A DNA stretch of 63,997 nt, counting the filler, from an uncultured bacterium (lineage in GTDB: Bacteria > CAYJOG01), in NCBI GenBank assembly GCA_964371695.1. It is 11 parts of 11 records of this genome, joined end to end, with 100 filler letters (N's around TTAATTAATTAA, not from the genome) between each part and the next. Parts side by side here need not be neighbours in the genome. Positions count along the whole stretch, not along the records: positions 18,417 to 24,406 come from CAYJOG010000192.1; positions 24,507 to 30,495 come from CAYJOG010000193.1; positions 30,596 to 36,568 come from CAYJOG010000194.1; 8 more parts are not named here. One strand, 5' to 3'. The notes beneath the pieces are model-generated. The model was not told the DNA's origin. It ran no database searches and saw only the letters and a list, made by a program, of their open reading frames with translations. Shown here piece after piece: positions 22,010 through 32,222 of this stretch. A program made the translations under genes and the position numbers. Numbering within the stretch: the stretch's first letter is position 1; every line of letters starts with the position of its first letter.

Positions 22010-23535
22010 TGGCGCTGCTCAAACAGGTCAAAGGCCCCGGTGCGGGTCTGTCGGTGGCCCTGGGGGTGGCCCCCGTGGTGGTGGGCCGCAGCCCCCAGTG
22101 CGATTTTCAGGTGCAGGACCTGAACCTGTCGCGGCGGCATTTTCAGGTGCTTTTTGACGAAGCGCGGGGCTGTTATCTCGCGCTCGACTTAGGCAGCCGC
22201 AACGGCACGTTTGTGGCGGGCAAGGACATTTCCAAACGCCCCGCCGAAGACCCCCTGCCCCTGAGCGAAGGCGACGAAATCCTGGCGGGGGGATCGAGCT
22301 TTGTTTTTGAAATGGCCACCAAAGAAGCCCCCCGCAAACAGGCGGCCCTGGACCTGCACCAGTTCATCACCAGCACCAGCAAGCTGTTCAACACCACCGA
22401 CACCCTGCGGGACAAACGCCTGCAGGCGCTTTATGGCGGCCTGAAACAGGCCCTGATGGAGCCGGTGGAGCAGGAGATCGTGCCCACCCTGATGGACATG
22501 GCGCTGGACGCCAGCCCCCAGATTGGGGCCATGCGGCTTTATCTGCTGAATGAGGGCGGAACCCCCCGAAAAGCATGGGAAAGCCGGGGCCAGCAGCGCC
22601 TGCCCGAACCGCCCGAGGGCCTGCTGGACCACGTTCTGGAGGGCCACGAGGTGCGCCTTGTGCTGCCGCAATCGCGCGCGCCGGCCCTGTGTGTGCCCGT
22701 GAGCAGCGGGCGCGGCGAAATGGAGGGGGCGCTTTTTGCCGCGCTGGCCCCCGGCCTGGAAGACCAGCAAGAGGAAGAAGTCCTGGCCTTTTTGAGCGCC
22801 TATGGAAGCCTCACGGGTCTGGTGCTCGGCAACGCGCATCTCATCCAGCGCATGTCTCAGGAAATGCGCCTGCGCAACCGCCTGCAACGTTTTTTAAGCC
22901 CGGAGGTGGTGGACCGCCTGCGGGACGGCGAAGACGAAACCGTGCTGGACCACCAGAAAGAAAACGTCACCGTGCTGTTCACCAACCTGTTTGACTTCAC
23001 CGGCCTGTGCGAGGCCCTGCCGGTGGAGCAGGTGGTGGCCATTCTGCACACCGTACAGAGCGAAATGAGCACCATTGTGCTGGAGTATCACGGCACACTC
23101 GACAAATATCTGGGTGACGGCCTGATGGCGATTTTTGGCGCGCCGGTGCCCTATGAAGACCACGCCCTGATGGCCCTCAGGGCTGCCCGCCGCATGCAGG
23201 TGGAAATGGATGAACTGAACAGCGAGTTTCACCTGCAGGGTCTGCCCCAGCTCAAGCTGGGGGTGGGACTGAACTCCGGCCCGGCCATTGTGGGGGCCAT
23301 GGGCAGCCGCGAACGCATGGAATACTCCGCCATCGGCCACATGGTGAACGAAGCCTCTGGCATCACCCGCCTCACCGAGGTGCTCGACCGCCCCATTCTG
23401 GCGGGCCAAGCCACCCTCAAGGCGGTGGGGGGGCGATTTGATTCGGGACCGGTTGACCGAAAAGCTGTGGCAGATTCGGGCCTTTCCACGGATATTTACT
23501 GGATAGATGCCTTTGGCGAGGAAAAACGTGGCTGA
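22006..23535 (+). CDS. FHA + GAF-like + class III adenylate/guanylate cyclase-fold protein
   Basis: FHA GRS...SRRH...DLGSRNGT; cyclase DKYLGDGLMAIFGAP, GVGLNSG; ATGA overlap with the kinase. Confidence 0.88.
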   Translation: MMALLKQVKGPGAGLSVALGVAPVVVGRSPQCDFQVQDLNLSRRHFQVLFDEARGCYLALDLGSRNGTFVAGKDISKRPAEDPLPLSEGDEILAGGSSFVFEMATKEAPRKQAALDLHQFITSTSKLFNTTDTLRDKRLQALYGGLKQALMEPVEQEIVPTLMDMALDASPQIGAMRLYLLNEGGTPRKAWESRGQQRLPEPPEGLLDHVLEGHEVRLVLPQSRAPALCVPVSSGRGEMEGALFAALAPGLEDQQEEEVLAFLSAYGSLTGLVLGNAHLIQRMSQEMRLRNRLQRFLSPEVVDRLRDGEDETVLDHQKENVTVLFTNLFDFTGLCEALPVEQVVAILHTVQSEMSTIVLEYHGTLDKYLGDGLMAIFGAPVPYEDHALMALRAARRMQVEMDELNSEFHLQGLPQLKLGVGLNSGPAIVGAMGSRERMEYSAIGHMVNEASGITRLTEVLDRPILAGQATLKAVGGRFDSGPVDRKAVADSGLSTDIYWIDAFGEEKRG

Positions 23536-24268
23536 GCCACTCACCTTCAGGGCCGCCACGGCCACAGACATCGGGCCGCGCCGCCAGAGCAATCAGGACC
23601 GCGCCCAGGCCATGGCGGCCCAGGGCCTGTTTCTGCTGGCGGACGGCATGGGGGGCTACGCCGATGGTCACCTGGCGGCGGAACTGGCTATTGACCTGGT
23701 GGCCCAGGCCCTTTTGCAGACCCCCCCCACCGAGGGCGCGCTGCGCCAGGCCATCACACAGGCCCACACCACCATCACCACCCAGGCCCAGGAGCGCCAG
23801 AACCGCATGGGCACCACCCTGGTGGCCCTGTGTCTGAACGGCCCCGCCCTGCTGGGGGCCCACGTGGGCGACAGCCGGTTATATCGCCTGCGTCGCGGCC
23901 AGTTGGAGCAACTCACGCGGGACCACAGTTATGTGCAGCTTTTGATGGACCAGGGGGAAATTACGGCTGATCAGGCCACCGCCCACCCCTATCGCCACGT
24001 GCTGAGCAAGGCCCTGGGCGCAGGAGGCGGCGACCAGCCCGACGTGTTTGAAGACACCGCCCAGGCAGAAGACCGCTACCTGCTGTGCAGCGACGGCCTT
24101 TCGGGCGTGGTCAGCCCCCAGGAAATGACGGCCCTTCTTCAGGAACACCCCCACAGCCAGGACGCCGCCACGGCTCTTGTTCAAAAAGCCTTGGCCAACA
24201 ACACCACCGACAACGTGACGGTGGTGGTGGTGGATGTGCTGGGCGAAGATGCCCTGACACGGGTTTAG
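23528..24268 (+). CDS. PP2C-family Ser/Thr phosphatase
   Basis: RQSNQD, LADGMGG, MGTT, HVGDSRLY, CSDGL, DNVT. Confidence 0.93.
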   Translation: MAEPLTFRAATATDIGPRRQSNQDRAQAMAAQGLFLLADGMGGYADGHLAAELAIDLVAQALLQTPPTEGALRQAITQAHTTITTQAQERQNRMGTTLVALCLNGPALLGAHVGDSRLYRLRRGQLEQLTRDHSYVQLLMDQGEITADQATAHPYRHVLSKALGAGGGDQPDVFEDTAQAEDRYLLCSDGLSGVVSPQEMTALLQEHPHSQDAATALVQKALANNTTDNVTVVVVDVLGEDALTRV

Positions 24269-24736
24269 AGCAGATTGATGAAAGTTAGAGCAAATTCATC
24301 TTTGACGTAGACAAAGGGCAGGGCCAGTCCTTGCCCTCTCCCTGAGGGAGAGGGCAGACCGTGACCGAACAGATGTGAGGTCACGGGCGGGTGAGGGGGA
24401 ACAGGCNNNNNNNNNNNNNNNNNNNNNNNNNNNNNNNNNNNNNNNNNNNNTTAATTAATTAANNNNNNNNNNNNNNNNNNNNNNNNNNNNNNNNNNNNNN
24501 NNNNNNCTCTTATTGCGTCCACAGCTACTCTGAAAATGCTCTAGCCTTACGGGAGTAACGGCGGTGTCCCCACCGCCGTAAAAGGCAAAAACCCTTGATT
24601 TTCTTGTGGCCTATGCGCGGTGGGGACACCGCGCCTTCTCCTGTATGGATTCCCGCTTCCTGGGGAATGACGGCGGGTTGGCCAGGGTTTTGGTCAGGAA
24701 AACTCCACCAAATGCTCCACCATTTCAGAAAATGCG

Positions 24737-26695
24737 CTATGGCCCCGGCAGGGGCAGGCCCCGCCACAGGTGAAGTCGCGCCTGTCTGTCGCGGGGGGTG
24801 GCAGTTTTGAAACCATCGGGCGTGAAGGCCTGGCCCCCGGCGGCAAGGGGCAGGCGTTCACCAAAGGCCCCCTGGGCGTTGATGAACAGCCAGCTTTCTT
24901 CGCCGGTGGGCAGGTCGGCGAAGTTGCCGGTCACCTGTGCGCCGGGGGGCAGGCTCATGATGCGCTCTTTCGCGCCGGTGTGGGTGTCATAGGCCCACAC
25001 ATGATTGTGATAGTGGCTGTCGCTGTCTTCGCCGATCAGCAGGGTGTGTGCGCCGATGTAACGGATGTTGTCCGGCCCCGCTATCAACGCCGGGTCGCAG
25101 GCGTTTTTTTCGGCCCCCGGCTCTCCGGCGGCAAGGGGGCGGCCCATGAGCAGAGGTTGCAGATGGTTGGGGGCATAGGCCGACCCCACGGCGGCGTTGC
25201 GGCCATAGGTGAGTTCAAACACGCCGCCGCAATCGTTGCGGGGGAACCGCAGGTGGTCGGGATAACCCTCAAAACCGGGGGGCAGTTTTGACAGCCCCAC
25301 CTTCACCGACGAAACCGCCAGATAAAGCCGCCGCCGCACCGGGTCCAGCGTGATGCCTTCTGTTTTGTGCAGTTCGTTGGTGGCCCCCAGCCAGGCCCCA
25401 TAACGCCGGGCCTCCAGAAAAGCCGCTACGTTTTTGAGTTGCTGCGCCGACTTGAAACGGGGCGACAGCGCCGTGCCGCGGGTGCCGTCTTTCAGACGCA
25501 GGCACAGCGGCTCGCCCAGGTCCCACATCACGGGGCGGAAGCCCTCCTTCACCGGGCAACTGCCGGGCGGCCCCAGTTCCCAGAAGTCTGAAAACGCGAG
25601 GCCCGCTTTGGTAAAGGGGGCCAGCGCGCCCACCGTGTTGTGGCCCAGGCGCACCCAGCGCAGGCGGGCGCTGCCGCTCAGGTGTTCAGCGGTCTGATCA
25701 AAACGCGCCATGAACAATGTGCCCGCAGAGAGGTCTTTGCGCCTGTCGGCCATAAACAGGAACAGGCCCCGCAGGCCGCCGTCTTCGGGCAGCAGCGCGG
25801 TGCGTTCGTCGGGCATCACCAGGGCCATTTCGGCGCTGCCCTTGCCCAGGGTGAAGAGTTTGTGGCCGTGGGCCACGCGGGTGTTGCCCCCGGCGTCCAC
25901 CGTCACCTCAAACGGATAACCGTGGCGGTAGGGGTCAAAGCCCGGCTTGTTCACGTGGTAGACCTGTGAGAGGTTCGCCAGAATGGTGCAGAACCGACCC
26001 TGACGGGCGTGCTCTGAGGCGGCTTGGCCGGTGAGTGCGCCTTTGTCGTCACGCTGGCACATGCTGATGTGCCGCTGGGGCAGGCGGCCCGCCGTGGCGG
26101 GGTCCAGCCACAGGGGGTCGGTGTAATAGTCCTCTTCGCTCACCAGCGTACTGCCCCAAGGCGTCTTGGCGCCGGCGCAGTTGCTGTGGGTGCCCCCCAG
26201 GGCGGCGGTGTCCACGTCGCCAAAACGCACCGGGGTCAGGCCGCCGCCGGGCTGGGGTTGCAACCGGGTGGTCATCACGCCGCCGGGCTGGTCTTCAAGA
26301 TGGGTGAGCAGCAGCACCTCGCCGTTTTTCAGGCGATAGGCGCTGTTGTTGTCGGCGTAGGGGCTGACCCAGGGTTCGCCGGTGACAGACTTGAGCGCCC
26401 AGCCCCGCACGTCGCGCAGCACACCGGCGGGAATGCCCCGGCTGTCTTTGTCGCCGGTGCGGAACAGTTCCTGCTGGGTGATGGCAAATCGCCGCCGCAA
26501 ACCACCAGGAAAAATGGCCACGCCGCCGGGCGAGGCCAGCACACTGTGTTCGGCCTCTTGCGGCGAGGCGTCGGGCAGGGGATCAAACACCAGTGAGACT
26601 GCCCGCTTATGTCGGGGAGCAGCGGCCGTGGCCCCCAGCGCCAGAAACAGACCGGCGGCAAAAACCCCGGACAACCAAAACAGTTTTGTCTGCAT
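24737..26695 (-). CDS. phoX: PhoX-like (DUF839) alkaline phosphatase
   Basis: NCAGAKTPWGSTLVSEE, GYPFEV, PDN, IGED; signal peptide from ATG 26695. Confidence 0.75.
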   Translation of the reverse strand: MQTKLFWLSGVFAAGLFLALGATAAAPRHKRAVSLVFDPLPDASPQEAEHSVLASPGGVAIFPGGLRRRFAITQQELFRTGDKDSRGIPAGVLRDVRGWALKSVTGEPWVSPYADNNSAYRLKNGEVLLLTHLEDQPGGVMTTRLQPQPGGGLTPVRFGDVDTAALGGTHSNCAGAKTPWGSTLVSEEDYYTDPLWLDPATAGRLPQRHISMCQRDDKGALTGQAASEHARQGRFCTILANLSQVYHVNKPGFDPYRHGYPFEVTVDAGGNTRVAHGHKLFTLGKGSAEMALVMPDERTALLPEDGGLRGLFLFMADRRKDLSAGTLFMARFDQTAEHLSGSARLRWVRLGHNTVGALAPFTKAGLAFSDFWELGPPGSCPVKEGFRPVMWDLGEPLCLRLKDGTRGTALSPRFKSAQQLKNVAAFLEARRYGAWLGATNELHKTEGITLDPVRRRLYLAVSSVKVGLSKLPPGFEGYPDHLRFPRNDCGGVFELTYGRNAAVGSAYAPNHLQPLLMGRPLAAGEPGAEKNACDPALIAGPDNIRYIGAHTLLIGEDSDSHYHNHVWAYDTHTGAKERIMSLPPGAQVTGNFADLPTGEESWLFINAQGAFGERLPLAAGGQAFTPDGFKTATPRDRQARLHLWRGLPLPGP

Positions 26696-26969
26696 GGAAA
26701 TAACGCCCGACAAAATATCACGGATGGTGCGGCGGGCGTTTCCGGTGTGGTAAAAAAACAGGAGGCTGGAAGCTGGCGGCTGGAAGTTGATGGTGCAGTA
26801 GCCACGGGCGTCTCGCCTGTGGCATGAAAAAAGAACAAAAACCTTTTTTGGTTTTTTTGCTTTTGAATACCCCGGCACTGTCGTGCTGCCGGGCGATAAA
26901 AAAACCGCAAAAACCACTCTTTTCAGGGATGTTTGTCAACACCCTGCCCAGGCATTTGTGAGAGGGCGT

Positions 26970-27896
26970 TCACTCCATTTTGGATTTGCCGATGACCTTG
27001 AGCCAGCCTTCAAAGTCCTTCTGCCAACCCGCCTTCAGGGCCTTCTGGCGCAAACGGATTAAGGATTCGTAACCATCTCCCCGGGTATCCGCAAAAGAAA
27101 ACTGTGTCAGGCGCATGAGCGGCCAGAACTGTTTGAACAAAGGGTTTTTGCCAACGCCCATCATGATTTCACGGGTTTTTTCGAGCACCTGTGGGTTGGT
27201 GTCTTTGCGGGCCAGCACAGCCGGATAGGGCCGGGCCTGCGGGCTGCACACCAGGGCGCGCACGTTCTTCACAGGCCCAGGATTGGTCTTTTTCATGTGT
27301 TTAAACGCCGTGTCGGTGCTGTGCACCACCTGGGCTTGATCCAACGAAAGGGCGATAAAAGAAGACAACCCCGATGTCACCGCCCCCAGCTTGAAAAAAG
27401 ACTCCGGCGGAAACCCCACCAACCGGCGCAGGCTGTAATAAGCCGGTTCATAGGGATAGGTCAGGGCCGTGGCCCCTTTTAAATCCGAAACCTTTTGATA
27501 AGCCGCATTTCGCACATAAAGACAATCTGTGACCTTGCTTGAGCCATAGACAGAGGTGCTCACAAACCGCTGGTATTTTGGGGGCGTGTGTTCAAAATCC
27601 AGATTGGTGTAGGCCAACACCGGACGGCCCTCTTTAAGCGCTTGGCTGAACTGTTGATAGTTGGGATAAAACCTGGGCTGAAGGTCTCCCTCAAAAACGC
27701 CGTCAAGCGTCTCGATGACCTTGATCAGAATGCTTTTGACCTGTGCGTCCTGTGTGCCGCTGGTGCTGAAATAAATCGCCCCTTCATGGGTTTTTGCGAC
27801 TGTTGGCGCAGCCCGACCCAACAACAGGCCCAACAGCAGACACAGGGTCTGACATTTTTTTGAAAATACGGGGCAGACGTGGAAGAGCCGGATCAT
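26970..27896 (-). CDS. Periplasmic substrate-binding protein (PhnD/SsuA-like)
   Basis: Signal peptide; VSDLKG and YPAVLAR resemble the type 2 PBP fold. Confidence 0.55.
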   Translation of the reverse strand: MIRLFHVCPVFSKKCQTLCLLLGLLLGRAAPTVAKTHEGAIYFSTSGTQDAQVKSILIKVIETLDGVFEGDLQPRFYPNYQQFSQALKEGRPVLAYTNLDFEHTPPKYQRFVSTSVYGSSKVTDCLYVRNAAYQKVSDLKGATALTYPYEPAYYSLRRLVGFPPESFFKLGAVTSGLSSFIALSLDQAQVVHSTDTAFKHMKKTNPGPVKNVRALVCSPQARPYPAVLARKDTNPQVLEKTREIMMGVGKNPLFKQFWPLMRLTQFSFADTRGDGYESLIRLRQKALKAGWQKDFEGWLKVIGKSKME

Positions 27897-28005
27897 GGAG
27901 GGCAGTGTAAGTGCTATCAGTCAAAAGGCGGCCATATAGTTTAATTTGACTATTCAGTTTTTATCATCTATAAAGTTCTCCCAATTTATCCTCAGGAGGA
28001 CTCCC

Positions 28006-29160
28006 GTGCCCAAAGCAGTTGTTGTCAAGTTCAATCGCACGGCCTTTGGCGAAGGCCGCAAAGCGAAAGAAGGCACTCTCAGCAAGGTTCATTCGTCAGA
28101 CCTCTCCGCCCTGGTGCTGGACGACGTGGTGAAAAACACCATCGACCCCGCCAAGGTGGAAAACGTGCTGTGGGGCTGTGTCACGCCCATCAAGACCCAG
28201 GGCACCAACATTGGCCGCACCGCCCTGCTGGCCAGCCATTTTCCCATTGAGGTGCCGGGCAGCCAGCTCAACACCTTCTGCGGCAGCGGCCTGGATGCCA
28301 TCAACCGCATTTCCATGGGCATCATGTCCGGCCAGATTCAATCGGGCATTGGCGGCGGCGTGGAAATGATGAGTGTGGAAGTGATGGGTTCCGACGGCGC
28401 GTTCCCCCCCGTCACCCCCGAAGTGTTCACCCGCCACAACCTCACCATGGGCCAGGGCCACAGCGCGGACCTCATCGCCGTGCAGGAGGGCATCACCCGC
28501 GACGACACCGACGAGTTTTCCATCAACAGCCACGTGAAATATATGGCTGCCAAGGAAAAGGGTTTTTACAACAACATCCTGGCCGTGCCCGTGAAGGGCG
28601 GCGAGCCGATGACCGAAGACGAACACCCCCGCATGCCGGTGCCCGAAAAAATCAAGTCGCTGCGCATTGTGTTCGACACCAAAAATGGCGTTCACACGGC
28701 GGCCTCGAGCAGCGGCGTGGTGGATGGTTCGGCGGCCATGCTGCTGGTGAGTGATGAAATGGCCAAGGCCGAGGGCCTCACCGTGCAGGCCGAAATCGTG
28801 AGCACCGCCCTGGTGGGCAGCGACCCCCGCCTCATGCTCACCGGCCCCTATCCCGCCATGGAAAAAGCCCTGAAACTCGCGGGCCTCACGGTGGACGACC
28901 TGAACAAAAACGGCGTGGTGGAAATCAACGAAGCCTTTGCCGTGGTGCCGCTTTACACCATCAAGAAACTGGGTCTGGACCCGGCCATCGTGAACATTCA
29001 CGGCGGGGCCATCGCCCACGGCCACCCCCTGGGGGCCACGGGCTGCGCCATTCTGGGCAAGGCCATCAAGATCGCCAAAGAGCAGGGCCGGGAATTTGCC
29101 GCCGCTACTCTGTGCATCGGCTTTGGCATGGGCATCGCCACCATCGTGCGCGTGCGCTGA
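28006..29160 (+). CDS. Thiolase (acetyl-CoA C-acyltransferase)
   Basis: NTFCGSG, EINEAF, GHPLGATG, LCIGFGMG; SD AGGAGG 27994-27999; TTGACT-N17-TATAAA upstream. Confidence 0.95.
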   Translation: MPKAVVVKFNRTAFGEGRKAKEGTLSKVHSSDLSALVLDDVVKNTIDPAKVENVLWGCVTPIKTQGTNIGRTALLASHFPIEVPGSQLNTFCGSGLDAINRISMGIMSGQIQSGIGGGVEMMSVEVMGSDGAFPPVTPEVFTRHNLTMGQGHSADLIAVQEGITRDDTDEFSINSHVKYMAAKEKGFYNNILAVPVKGGEPMTEDEHPRMPVPEKIKSLRIVFDTKNGVHTAASSSGVVDGSAAMLLVSDEMAKAEGLTVQAEIVSTALVGSDPRLMLTGPYPAMEKALKLAGLTVDDLNKNGVVEINEAFAVVPLYTIKKLGLDPAIVNIHGGAIAHGHPLGATGCAILGKAIKIAKEQGREFAAATLCIGFGMGIATIVRVR

Positions 29161-29182
29161 GCCAAACTTTTTTGAAGCTGCG

Positions 29183-29211
29183 AAACGGCCTCCGAAAGGG
29201 GGCCGTTTTTT
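29183..29211 (+). terminator. Rho-independent terminator
   Basis: AAACGGCCTCC-GAAA-GGGGGCCGTTTTTT after the thiolase stop. Confidence 0.85.
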
Positions 29212-29439
29212 GTTGGGTGGGGACAGGGGAGAACCGCAGTCGCCACGGGCGTCCCGCCTGCTTTTTATATGAACGCAGGCAAGATGCCTGCGCCACCAAA
29301 GAGAAATAATGAAGAAGGTTTTTTTGTTGATGCCTCACTGGATTCCCGCTTTCGCGGGAATGACGGCGGGTTGGCCAAGGTTTGGACATGAAGCCTCAGC
29401 AATGCTCTACCATTTCCGAAAACGCTCAGGCCCGGCGCT

Positions 29440-30303
29440 TCACTGCTTCTGGCGTTTGTTGCGCCACTGCTGTTTGGCTTTTTGTTTCTGCCATTTCTGT
29501 TTGGCCTGAGCGTCGGGGGGCGCTGAGGGTGCTTTGCCCTGACCCTGTTTGTTCAGCCGCCGCTGACGGATTTTTTCGCGCAGTTTCCCCAACAGCTCCT
29601 TTTTGTTCAGCTTGCCGTTTTGGTCCAGAAATCCCTTGAAGCGGGGGTGGTTCTGGCGCATCTGGCGCAACATGGTCTGCCGTTGCTGCATCCGGCCCAG
29701 ACGCTCCTTGTCCATGGTCTGGGGCGCAAAGCGCCCGCCGCCCCGGCGGTGGCGCAGGCGGCGACCAGGGCCGAGTTTTTCGCGCTGGCCATCGCCCGCC
29801 ACTTCCACTTCGCCCTCCAGCACGTCCACGTCGGTGCCCTCACCGCTCTGTGTCACGTCAAACTCGGTGCCCCGCACACCGGCCACCAAGTTGGTGGTCT
29901 CCACCTGCAACTGGCTGCCGGGGGTGGCGAGCGGCGTGGCGTTCAGCCCCAGCACGCCGGTTTCCAGAAACAGGTGCTGTTTTTCGTTTTCGCCATCCAG
30001 TTCGGCGGCGGCCAGGCGCAGCACCGTGAGCGGCCCCAGGTGCACAAAATGGCCCGTCTCAAACGAGAGAATCACGTCTCCGGTTGCGCCGGTGCTCACC
30101 ACGTCGCCCTGGGTGAGGGTCTGGTTCAGCTTGAGGGGCATTTTGACGCCGCCGGTTTTTTTGAACGCCTCGCCCCGCAGTTTTTCCACGTTCACCTCCA
30201 GGGGGTCTGCCGCCTGGGTGGCGTGGGTGACAAAGCCCGCGCACAGCCCCATGGTCAGCAGCGCCAGGGCCTTGCGGGCGGTGATAAAAAAACGGTTGCT
30301 CAT
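29440..30303 (-). CDS. Secreted FecR-domain protein with a basic Gln/Lys-rich tail
   Basis: GDVVSTG, VETTNLVAGVRGTEF, VDVLEGEVEV; signal peptide. Confidence 0.85.
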   Translation of the reverse strand: MSNRFFITARKALALLTMGLCAGFVTHATQAADPLEVNVEKLRGEAFKKTGGVKMPLKLNQTLTQGDVVSTGATGDVILSFETGHFVHLGPLTVLRLAAAELDGENEKQHLFLETGVLGLNATPLATPGSQLQVETTNLVAGVRGTEFDVTQSGEGTDVDVLEGEVEVAGDGQREKLGPGRRLRHRRGGGRFAPQTMDKERLGRMQQRQTMLRQMRQNHPRFKGFLDQNGKLNKKELLGKLREKIRQRRLNKQGQGKAPSAPPDAQAKQKWQKQKAKQQWRNKRQKQ

Positions 30304-30596
30304 GGCCGGCTCCTGTTGGGGGTGTGCAATGAAGACTCTGACGTGTGGTGGCGTAAAAAGTTTAGCGCGGTGGAGACACCGCGCCCATTGCTGTCAGGTT
30401 TGTGAGAAAAGTCCCGGATTATCAGGGGTTTTTTGAGGTAGCCCCGGCGTCCCGCCGGGAGCAGCCACCGCGCCAAAGGCGCGCACCATTCAGATNNNNN
30501 NNNNNNNNNNNNNNNNNNNNNNNNNNNNNNNNNNNNNNNTTAATTAATTAANNNNNNNNNNNNNNNNNNNNNNNNNNNNNNNNNNNNNNNNNNNNG

Positions 30597-30743
30597 GTTT
30601 ACATTTTCGTGAAGCTCTTTGAAAACCCCCTGCTGGCCCCCGGTGTGTGGCTGGTGCTGGCGGGGGCCGCCACGCTTTCGTCCCTGGCCCCGGCGCGGGC
30701 CGCCGCCCGCATGGCGGTGGTAGACGCATTGCGTCAGAACTGA
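30597..30743 (+). CDS. ABC transporter permease, C-terminal fragment
   Basis: Manual translation ...SSLAPARAAARMAVVDALRQN*, paralogous to the end of the next gene. Confidence 0.8.
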   Translation, partial: VYIFVKLFENPLLAPGVWLVLAGAATLSSLAPARAAARMAVVDALRQN

Positions 30744-30752
30744 GGCCCCGAC

Positions 30753-32135
30753 ATGAGACTCTTCAACCTCGCCCTTCGCAACATGGCCCGCAACCGCAGG
30801 CGCTCCATCGCCACCATGCTGGCCATCGGCATCAGCGCCTCGGCCATGGTGTTGTTCGGCGGTTTCATCAGCAACATCTTTCTCTCGTTCGAGACCAACA
30901 TCGTGCAGTTCAGCGGCCACCTCAAGGTTTACCGCAAGGGTTATTTCCAATACGGCGCGGGCAGGCCGTGGGATTTTGACCTGGGCAATTACCACAAAAT
31001 CGTGGACCTCATCAACAGCGACCCGGCGCTGAAAAAACTCACCCGTCTGGTGACGCCGGTGATGGAGCTGGGGGGCATTGTGGGCAACCCCAAAAGCGAC
31101 CGCAGCAAAACCTTTTTCGCCACCGGCGTATTGCCCAACCAGTTCTATGCCTCCTATGGCTGGAACGATCACAAACTGCGCAACCCCGCCATCGACATTA
31201 AACGCCGCCCCCAAAAACTTTTCAGCCACGACAAACGGGGCGGCATCATGGGCGTGCATCTGGCCAAGCTGCTCAAGCTGTGCGAGGGGCTTGAGCCCAC
31301 GCCCTGTCAAAAACAGAAAATCCAAGATTTTGAAGACGTGGTTCCTTCGGCCTCGGTGAAATATGACCCGCGCAAGGGCGGGGAAGATCCGCGCCCCCAG
31401 GTAAACCTGCTCAGCTCGGCGGGCGGCGCGCCCAACGTGCTGCGTCTGAGCGTGATTCAGGCCGACGTGATGGGCGATGAAGAGTTCGACAGCAACTACA
31501 TTCTCATGCATCTGGATCTGGCCCAGCGCCTGATGTACGGCCCCGGCCAGCACAACCGCGCCACCACCGTGCAGATACAACTGCACCACACCGAGGACAT
31601 CGCAGCCGCCCGCGCCGCCCTGGACAGCCTGTTCAAAAAACACGGCCTGGAAATGGAAGTGAAGGACTACAAGGACATGTGGCCGCAGTTCAAACAGGTA
31701 ATCGGCATGTTCAGCATCATCTTCGCCTTTATTGCGGGCGTGATGGGCGTGGTGGCGCTCTTCAGCGTGAGCAACACGGTGAGCATGAGCGTGATGGAGC
31801 GCGTGGGCGAAATCGGCACGCTGCGCAGCATGGGGTTGCGCCAGGGCGGCATCATGAAGCTGTTTCTGCTGGAGGGCATTCTGCTGGGCGTGATTGGCGC
31901 GTCGGCGGGCCTGCTGCTGGGGCTGGGGTTGGCGGAGATCATCAACAACTCCGGCATGCACTGGCTGCCGCCCACACAAACCGCCCGCGTGCCCCTTTTG
32001 CTGGAGCCGCTGAAAAACCCCCGGCTGGTGCTGGGCTCGTGGCTGGGACTGGTCACCGCCGCGCCCCTCAGCGCGCTTGGCCCCGCCCGCTTTGCCGCCC
32101 GCATGAAAGTGGTGGACGCCCTGCGGCATCAGTAA
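30753..32135 (+). CDS. MacB/FtsX/LolE-family ABC permease
   Basis: LALRNMARNRRRS, ERVGEIGTLRSMG, PARFAARMKVVDALR. Confidence 0.92.
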   Translation: MRLFNLALRNMARNRRRSIATMLAIGISASAMVLFGGFISNIFLSFETNIVQFSGHLKVYRKGYFQYGAGRPWDFDLGNYHKIVDLINSDPALKKLTRLVTPVMELGGIVGNPKSDRSKTFFATGVLPNQFYASYGWNDHKLRNPAIDIKRRPQKLFSHDKRGGIMGVHLAKLLKLCEGLEPTPCQKQKIQDFEDVVPSASVKYDPRKGGEDPRPQVNLLSSAGGAPNVLRLSVIQADVMGDEEFDSNYILMHLDLAQRLMYGPGQHNRATTVQIQLHHTEDIAAARAALDSLFKKHGLEMEVKDYKDMWPQFKQVIGMFSIIFAFIAGVMGVVALFSVSNTVSMSVMERVGEIGTLRSMGLRQGGIMKLFLLEGILLGVIGASAGLLLGLGLAEIINNSGMHWLPPTQTARVPLLLEPLKNPRLVLGSWLGLVTAAPLSALGPARFAARMKVVDALRHQ

Positions 32136-32222
32136 ACATTTGGCGTAGGCGCGGTGTCCTCACGGCATCCACGTGAACCCGCTCTAAAAGAGAAATAGAG
32201 AAGCGAAGAAAAAGGAGCCCCC

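Noticed and set aside
30340-30363. Possible ECF-sigma promoter (AAAC-N16-CGTC) upstream of the FecR-domain gene
   Set aside because: Too short to distinguish from chance, and no sigma gene on this contig
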